A stretch of DNA of 25,111 nucleotides. Source: Candidatus Scalinduaceae bacterium (GTDB taxonomy: Bacteria; Planctomycetota; Brocadiia; Brocadiales; Scalinduaceae). A program made the position numbers and the translations under genes. Positions 19,238 through 25,111 of this stretch are shown here, piece after piece (position 1 is the first letter of the stretch; every line of letters begins with the position of its first letter). The notes beneath the pieces were generated by a model. That model saw only the letters and a list, made by a program, of their open reading frames with translations. It searched no databases and was not told where the DNA came from. The stretch spans positions 1 through 25,111 of the forward strand of contig JBHICG010000049.1 of the NCBI GenBank assembly GCA_046759445.1, read 5' to 3'.

Positions 19238-19353
19238 AAATTGTGTCAAGTGGCGAGATGTGATCCTGGGTACATTATTGGAATTTAGAATACCTTTTTC
19301 CGAAAGTAATAATAAGTTTTCTTTGGCCTTCATGACAAGATTTGGTTTTTAAT
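19230..19353. repeat. 124-bp conserved tail of cassette module, copy 1
   Basis: Direct repeat of 21291-21414; 8 mismatches by manual alignment. Confidence 0.9.
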
Positions 19354-19371
19354 GAATACGCAATTTTTTTA

Positions 19372-19444
19372 AGCTAACGCAAAATGATAACTGGTTTTTA
19401 AGGAGCACAGCGATTTAAAAAGCCGGTTTATCCGCTTGTTAGCT
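19372..19444 (-). mobile_element. Integron attC site (73 bp)
   Basis: Minus strand reads AGCTAAC-AAGCG-GATAAAC...GTTATC-ATTTTGC-GTTAGCT. The R''/R' boxes are perfectly complementary, L''/L' pair with one extra base, and the gene's TAA stop lies in R''. Confidence 0.85.
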
Positions 19445-19978
19445 TGTGCATGAGCTATTTTGTGTGCAACATACTGTTTTGAGGACAATTATCAAAACAG
19501 AGATTAACCCAATGATACACATACCTGCAGATGGAATTGCCAGGAAGGACAGCGCTTCTTTTGCTGCTCCTGTGCTACCAAGTCCTGGAGCCTTTAAAGC
19601 AGCAAACATCCAAAAAAGGGAATATCCCAAAGAACCCAATCCTAAGAATATTGCGGTGATGTTTTTAACAATCAATGGGGTTTGCATAAACATAAGAAGC
19701 AAAATGGCAGCTAATGAAATTGCCCCTAGTCCACTTGCGTGAAGGTGAGCACGTTTAAAGTAAACCCAGGATTTATCTGTAATCTTTTTCATTTTGACAG
19801 AATCACCTTTGTACACAGTATCAAAGACAGCCCGTGCTTCCTCCTTCAAATGGCCTTTGATCTTGCCTTCGATAGCTCCAAAAAGGCCTCCTAAGATAAA
19901 GCCAAACAACAATGTAAGAAGTGATAAGAGAAAGCCAATTCTTACAACTTTAATTTTTTCAATAATTTCTTTTTCCAT
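19439..19978 (-). CDS. Membrane protein of unknown function (~4 TM), gene cassette 1
   Basis: 179 aa with AAGGAG RBS and a RAHLHA motif; bounded by a GTTAGCT core (20004-19998) and attC. Confidence 0.8.
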   Translation of the reverse strand: MEKEIIEKIKVVRIGFLLSLLTLLFGFILGGLFGAIEGKIKGHLKEEARAVFDTVYKGDSVKMKKITDKSWVYFKRAHLHASGLGAISLAAILLLMFMQTPLIVKNITAIFLGLGSLGYSLFWMFAALKAPGLGSTGAAKEALSFLAIPSAGMCIIGLISVLIIVLKTVCCTQNSSCTS

Positions 19979-19997
19979 TTGTTTCTCCTTTTTTAAA

Positions 19998-20377
19998 AGC
20001 TAACAAGTTATTCTATAGTTTCTGTATAACACCACTATTGTAATGATATCCAGTAAGACCAGATTACTACTTTATGGAAAAACGGGATGAAAGTTCATGT
20101 TTCTACACTCGTGTAGACATAAATCTAACCCGCACAAGACAGAACCGACCAGAAGTTTAGAAAATACAAATGTCAAATTACAAATCCCAAACATATTCCA
20201 AATTACAATGTCTTAATGACCAAAACCATTTTGTTTGAAATTTTAGATTAAGGCAATTGTGATTTGTTTGTTATTTGGAGTTTGTTATTTGTCGTTTATC
20301 ACATATCCACATCACATATTGTGGTATAGTTTTTATGGTGTTTGAATTGAATGAAATGTGATGATAAATCTATATAT
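19998..20377 (-). repeat. Conserved ~380-bp module leader, copy 1, ending in an attI-like site (AATAACTT-GTTAGCT)
   Basis: Aligns with 22541-22922; similarity stops at the GTT core. Confidence 0.8.
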
Positions 20378-20402
20378 CCTCTTAATTATTCTGTCCACGA
20401 AA

Positions 20403-20672
20403 TTATTCAAACAAGTCGCTATGGCTACCTGTACGTTCCAAACGAAGAGTATTTGAATCGGTGTAATAAATGAGAATCCAATCTGGTTCAATGTGACAAT
20501 CTCGACAGGTTTTCCACTCGCCCACCAAAGGATGATCCCGGTGCCTGGGATGGAGGGTTTCATTGTTGGCAAGTTTATTTACCACGGATTGCAGCTTTTT
20601 GATGTCCTTGCTCCGTTTTCTCATCCTTTTAATATCTTTTAAGAATTGGTTAGACTGGGATAGCCTTTTCAT
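20403..20672 (-). CDS. yafQ: Type II TA toxin, YafQ family mRNA interferase
   Basis: DHPLVGEW, RDCHIEPDWILIY and RTGSHSDLF motifs; the ATG at 20672 overlaps the antitoxin stop (ATGA). Confidence 0.92.
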   Translation of the reverse strand: MKRLSQSNQFLKDIKRMRKRSKDIKKLQSVVNKLANNETLHPRHRDHPLVGEWKTCRDCHIEPDWILIYYTDSNTLRLERTGSHSDLFE

Positions 20673-20929
20673 TTCTCCCAACTATCAAACATTTCTTCAA
20701 GAGAATCAAAGGATTGAACATCTTCGCCCCGGCTACTTTTTTTCAAGGTTTCTTTTGTTAGCTCATTAGGAATAAGAATCGGGAATGGAATGCCACCACG
20801 AAGGCATATTTGATTATAAAAAAGGCGAATGGCTTCGGTAGGACTCATTCCCAATTTTTTCAGAACCCCTTCGGCTTTCTTTTTAGTCTTGGGCTCAATT
20901 CTGGCATGAACGGTTGCTGATTTTTCCAT
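20669..20929 (-). CDS. Type II TA antitoxin, RelB/DinJ family
   Basis: RHH-type VHARIEPKTKKKAEGVLKKLGMSPTEAIRLF and GIPF...PNELT; lies upstream of yafQ. Confidence 0.92.
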   Translation of the reverse strand: MEKSATVHARIEPKTKKKAEGVLKKLGMSPTEAIRLFYNQICLRGGIPFPILIPNELTKETLKKSSRGEDVQSFDSLEEMFDSWEK

Positions 20930-20935
20930 TTTATG

Positions 20936-20964
20936 ATTGTTTCACATATGCAACACATTTGCAA
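20936..20964 (-). promoter_or_regulatory. Putative TA promoter TTGCAA-N17-AACAAT with a quasi-palindromic operator
   Basis: The spacer contains ATGTGTTGCATAT; the ATG is only a few nt downstream, suggesting a near-leaderless transcript. Confidence 0.45.
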
Positions 20965-21290
20965 GTGATTTTTTTACGTCAAAAAAATAAATGCAGTCAA
21001 GAGGAAATTTAATCCCTTAGGATCTTTATAAGGAGAATGTTTCTTCAAAATATCAAAATGAAAGACCTGATCATAGAAGCAAAAACAGTCGCTGACCCTG
21101 TTTCGCTCAGACCCTGTTTCGCTCAGGGGTTTTTGAATTGTGTCAAGTGGCGAGATGTGACCCTAGGTTCTCCTAGGTTCCCTAATTCAAGACCCTAACT
21201 TCCACTAACCCTCTTTTTTCTATTTTTCTTATCCCCTCTTTACGCCTGCGTGCTGTCCTGTAGACGACCATAAGCAGGAAGGGGGGTTAG

Positions 21291-21414
21291 GGGGATTTGA
21301 ATTGTGTCAAGTGGCGAGATGTGATCCTGGGTTCATTATCAGAATTTAAAATACCTTCTTCTGAAAGTAATAATAAGTTTTCTTTGGCCTTCATGACAAG
21401 ATTTGTTTTTTAAT
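21291..21414. repeat. 124-bp conserved tail of cassette module, copy 2
   Basis: Direct repeat of 19230-19353. Confidence 0.9.
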
Positions 21415-21486
21415 AGGCTCATAAGCTGCCGCGAGTCTATAAGCTCTAAAATGGGCGCTGTTGTCCCTAATTGCCTCTGGTTAAGC
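21408..21486 (-). mobile_element. Degenerate attC-like site
   Basis: GCTTAAC at the gene end ... GCTTATGAGCCT-ATTAAAA; size and position fit, but L-box pairing is poor. Confidence 0.4.
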
Positions 21487-22514
21487 TCTTTTCATTAAAT
21501 TTTTTCTTGATATAGTCTGCAAATTCATAAGGCAACTGAAATACTGTTTGTCTGAATCTATAACTTGTATTGAAATAATCATTAATTTCCCAAGCATGAA
21601 TTGCCATCTCATGCCAGTTGCTTTGTTTTATATCTACTAAATATTCAAAGTCAATTGGAATATAATATTCCTCATCGGACTCTCCATTTACATCTTTTTT
21701 TAGAAAATCAGTTTTTGCTTGCCCTATTCCAATAACACCAGCACCAACATGATAAAGACAAACCGTATTACCTGCATGAATATTTTTTATGGAATATTTT
21801 TTCCCATAATAAGCGGCCCCTTTCTTTTCATGTATCATATCTTTGTAAGCAACTGGCATGTAGGTTTTGTTTGTATTTAATTACAAATAGACCACTTTCA
21901 GGTTGTTTAGGAGCATCCAGAATTGGACCGTACGGGTCAAAATCAATAAACAACTTATCTTCTATTTTGAAAACTCTGTAGATTTGTGCCGTTATATTTA
22001 TGCCTTTATTTTTCCAGTATGCAATAGCATCCCAAGTGTCATAATCAAGTCCATTGGTTACAATTACGAAATGTTGGTTGTTATTAAATCTATCCTTGTT
22101 AATAGGAGCATCTAAATCATAGAATTCTTCATGAGCTTGCTGAAGTTCTAGACTTTCTCCCTTGCCGTGTCTATACGATTGAAAAAACCAATTTAATTTA
22201 TCATAGTTATAACGTCCAAATTTCTGACCGTAACGAAGTGCTTGAAGTAAATTCTCACTTCTTCCTTCCCACCTTTTCAATTCAAAAATATAAAGGGCTC
22301 CTTCTTGATCAATTGCAATAATATCTGGTTCTTCTTGTCGTCGACGCTCTTGCATGATTACCATTAGTTGATCCGTACGTACTAACTCTTCAATTCTTTT
22401 TGAAATAATGTTTTCTAAGTCCTTTTCTTCAAGATTAGATGAGGATAGAGAGATTTCTTTGACTTTCTCTACATCTGATTCATTAGTACATGGATTTATC
22501 CATTGAAAAAGCAT
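21467..22514 (-). pseudogene. Frameshifted PD-(D/E)xK (NucS-like) endonuclease gene, gene cassette 2
   Basis: EKDLE...PDIIAIDQEGALYIFELKR...QALRY. ORFs 21828-22514 and 21467-21859 join into 348 aa (...FVINTNKTYMPV...) if one A is removed at ~21876-21878; GGAGG RBS. Confidence 0.75.
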
Positions 22515-22540
22515 TCGGCCTCCTTTATAGGTTCTTTATA

Positions 22541-22935
22541 GCATAGCAAGTTATTATAGATTTTCCGAATAACACCACTATTGTAATAATATTCGTAAAG
22601 ACCAGATTACTACTTTATGGAGAAACGGTAAGAAAGTTCATGTTTCTACACTCATGTAAACATAAACCTAACCTGCACAAAACAGAACCGACCAGAAGTT
22701 TAGAAATTACAAATGTCAAATTACAAATCCCAAACAAATTCCAAATTACAATGTCTTAATGACCAAAACCATTTTGTTTGAAATTTTAGATTAAGGCAAT
22801 TGTGATTTGTTTGTTATTTGGAGTTTGTTATTTGTCGTTTATCACATATCCACATTACAGTGGTGTAGTTTTTATGCTGTTTGAATTGAATGAGGCTGAA
22901 ATGTAGTAATAAATCTATATATTATTGAAGTCAAG
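22541..22935 (-). repeat. Conserved module leader, copy 2, with TTGACT-N17-TATTAC promoter and mutated attI-like core (AATAACTT-GCTATGC)
   Basis: Aligns with 19998-20377; -35 at 22934-22929 and -10 at 22911-22906. Confidence 0.8.
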
Positions 22936-22988
22936 GGAAAATGGGGTTTGGTGAGATGTAGTTTGGGGCAGGATGTTTCCCCCCTGAA

Positions 22989-23666
22989 TTATTTATTAAT
23001 TAATCTAAACAGTTTATATGCCAGTTCAGGGACGAGGCTTTTTAGTATTTCATACTGCTCTAAGGCAGAGTCTTTATCGTTTGATAAATTATAAATAAGA
23101 CCGAGATTATAATAAGACATTGCATAGTCAGGGTTTCTCTTTATTGCAACCTTTAACGCCTCAATCGCCTCTTTATACTTGCCTAGTTCACCATAGGCAT
23201 TACCGAGATTATTATAAGCAACTGTATAATCAGGGTTAATAAATATTGCACGCTTGTATACCTCAATCGCCTCTTTATACATGCCTGATTTGTCATAGAC
23301 AAAACCAATATTATAATGAGCTGTTGCAGAATTAGGCTTAATCCTTATTACGTGCTTTAACGGCTCAATTGCCTCTTTATACATGTGTAAATTTAAATAG
23401 ACATAACCGAGAGTTTTATGAGCCTTTGCATCATCAGGGTCGTTCCTTATTGCCTGCTTGAATGCCTCAATCGCCTCTTTATACATGCCTGATTTGAGAT
23501 AGGCAACGCCGAGATTAAAATGAGCCTGTGCATCATCAGGATTCTTCCTTACTGCCTGTTTGCATGCCTCTATCGTCTCTGCGTTAGAGTCCTTTGCCAG
23601 AGACATACCGCCTGTCAACGCTAGATACAGGGTTGCCGTGATTATTAAAAGATATGATTTCTTCAT
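22989..23666 (-). CDS. Exported TPR-repeat protein
   Basis: Signal peptide and ~5 TPRs; DNA repeat CCTCAATCGCCTCTTTATAC with 102-bp period (23159, 23261, ~23363, 23465). Confidence 0.9.
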   Translation of the reverse strand: MKKSYLLIITATLYLALTGGMSLAKDSNAETIEACKQAVRKNPDDAQAHFNLGVAYLKSGMYKEAIEAFKQAIRNDPDDAKAHKTLGYVYLNLHMYKEAIEPLKHVIRIKPNSATAHYNIGFVYDKSGMYKEAIEVYKRAIFINPDYTVAYNNLGNAYGELGKYKEAIEALKVAIKRNPDYAMSYYNLGLIYNLSNDKDSALEQYEILKSLVPELAYKLFRLINK

Positions 23667-23800
23667 GGTAGGATAGGATTATAAATTAATGGGGGAATTA
23701 GGCAAGGGCTTTTTGAGGTTATATCTTACCACTTGACATAACCCTTTTAATGTTTATTTTAAAAGAAATATATTCTACTGTGAGAATGGACGTATCTGGC

Positions 23801-23948
23801 AAGAAAGTTCATGTTTCTACACTCATGTAGACATAAACCTGAATCTAAGACAACTTATCCACATCACAAGTTGTGGTATAGTTTTTGTGCTGTTTGAATT
23901 GAATGAAAATGAGATTTGATAATAAATCTATATATTATTGAAGTCAAG
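23801..23948 (-). repeat. Partial third copy of the module leader with TTGACT-N17-TATTAT promoter
   Basis: Shares GAAAGTTCATGTTTCTACACTCATGTAGACATAAACCT and the distal ~90 bp, but lacks the central heptamer-rich insert and the attI-like end. Confidence 0.8.
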
Positions 23949-24020
23949 ATGAAAGATCTGTCCTCCAGGTTCTTCTTATTCGGTTGAGGTTTCGTAAGGC
24001 AATTCTGCGAATTGCACGGA

Positions 24021-24565
24021 ATCGTAATTTGTACTTCGTAAATCGTAATTTATGTCTTTCCAAATCCTGAAAATCATTATCCCTATTATTGCTATTCCGC
24101 ATTCCTCTATCACGGTTGGACTATCTATTAATTTCACAATTTGATCCTTCATATAGTTATTAAGATTCAAGATGGTTGCGGTTACCCGCCTGACATTAAT
24201 ATCTCCCTCACCTTAATCCTCTCCCCGAAGTGGCGAGGGAAAAAAATCCAATGTTTAACGCTTTGTCTTTCTTCTTATCTGCGTCCTATTTTCTTGCTTC
24301 CCGTGTTTTTAAATCTTAAATCGTAATTTATGTCTTTTCGCTTCGACATTCTACATTCTACATTCTACATTTCTTGTTCGACCCTTTCTAAACAGATTCC
24401 CGATCGGTGTCGAGAATGACAATGGGGCGTTTTTCTTATATCTAATATCTTATATGTCCTGTTAATCCTGTCAAAAACCTCTATGTCTTTTATTTCTATA
24501 TTCCTTGTTCAATATTCGACATTCATTTCTTATTACTCCGAACTCCAAACTTTCCACTCCGAACT
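24021..24565. repeat. Mosaic of degenerate heptamer repeats and REP-like hairpins downstream of rtcB
   Basis: AAATCGTAATTTATGTCTTT occurs twice; (CATTCTA)3; CCCTCACCTTAATCCTCTCCC...GAGGG at 24204-24240; AGATTCCCG...GAATGACA at 24394-24421. Confidence 0.6.
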
Positions 24566-24607
24566 ATTTAAGCAGCATTTGCCGTATTCGCTTTGCATCT
24601 ATCATCA

Positions 24608-25111
24608 CTAGCCCTTTATATTACCAATGGGTTTTAGTCTGACAACCTTTTTTGATATTCCTAGGACGTCCATGGTTTCAACGACTTCTGATATGTCCTT
24701 ATAGGCAATACCGGCTTCTTCTGCGAGGCCAGGCATAGAGACTGCCTTAACAATTATGCCTTCCTTTTCCATTGTCTTTAGAAGCTGTTCGCCTCTTACT
24801 TTCTTCTTTGCAGCTCTCCTTGACATGGTCCTGCCTGAGCCATGCATTGTAGAGCCAAATGTTTCTTCCATTGCCTTTTCGGTACCTACCAGCAGGTAAG
24901 AACCTGTTTGCATTGAACCTCCAACGATAACGGGTTGCCCGACGTCTCTGTATATTTCCGGAAGTTCACTTCTATCGGGACCAAAAGACCTTGTAGAACC
25001 TTTTCTGTGAACTAAGAGGTCTTTTTCCTTGCCGTTTACTTTATACTTTTCTATCTTTGCGATATTGTGGGCTACGTCATACACTATCTCTATCCCAAGC
25101 TTATGTGCATC
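24608..25111 (-). CDS. rtcB: RNA-splicing/repair ligase RtcB, 3' part (5' end outside the window)
   Basis: YDVAHN, VHRKG, GGSM, HGSGR and AEEAGIAYKD motifs; frame is open to the window end. Confidence 0.95.
   Translation of the reverse strand, partial: DAHKLGIEIVYDVAHNIAKIEKYKVNGKEKDLLVHRKGSTRSFGPDRSELPEIYRDVGQPVIVGGSMQTGSYLLVGTEKAMEETFGSTMHGSGRTMSRRAAKKKVRGEQLLKTMEKEGIIVKAVSMPGLAEEAGIAYKDISEVVETMDVLGISKKVVRLKPIGNIKG

Noticed and set aside
20005..20377. Integrase remnant in the leader (plus strand, where intI would lie)
   Set aside because: Only short ORFs with no tyrosine-recombinase motifs.
20333..20769. ORFs 20333-20572 and 20563-20769
   Set aside because: They overlap the clear yafQ/antitoxin pair.
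21094..21125. 16-bp tandem duplication GACCCTGTTTCGCTCA x2
   Set aside because: Real, but most simply slippage in a repeat-rich spacer; no further structure.
23736..23742. GTTATGT core-like site upstream of the TPR gene, suggesting a third cassette
   Set aside because: It lacks the AATAACTT context and no attC is visible after the TPR gene.
19230..23948. CRISPR interpretation of the repeats
   Set aside because: Repeats are long, kilobases apart and have no regular spacers; no cas genes are present.
23976..24326. ORFs 23976-24170 (-) and 24141-24326 (+)
   Set aside because: They run through heptamer/REP repeats with no motif or convincing RBS.

Overview
AT-rich bacterial chromosomal window. 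Gene content and repeat style suggest an anaerobic Planctomycete such as an anammox Ca. Brocadiales/Scalindua (inference only). The left two-thirds is mostly housekeeping: the 3' end of an FG-GAP/VCBS-like repeat protein, coaD, an LptD-like protein, a DegT-family aminotransferase, comEC, an orphan flagellar-rod-like gene, an E2-lipB-lipA cluster, a metallophosphoesterase, LapA, an FeS-DUF3786 protein, a GT4 fragment, a TPR lipoprotein, a PfkB kinase, msrB, a Zn-ribbon protein and a thioredoxin-like protein. REP/MITE-like elements and a deleted Y1 (RAYT-like) transposase are interspersed. An unannotated 29-aa Lys/Arg-rich ORF preceded by a 92-nt rod-like RNA structure lies upstream of the aminotransferase. 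The right third (19.2-24 kb) is accessory and holds the main finding: two integrase-less, integron-like modules on the minus strand. Each has a conserved ~380-bp leader ending in an attI-like GTT core, one different cassette gene with an attC-like site, and a conserved 124-bp tail. A RelB/DinJ-YafQ toxin-antitoxin pair sits between them, and a third, partial leader copy precedes a TPR gene. The window ends inside rtcB.
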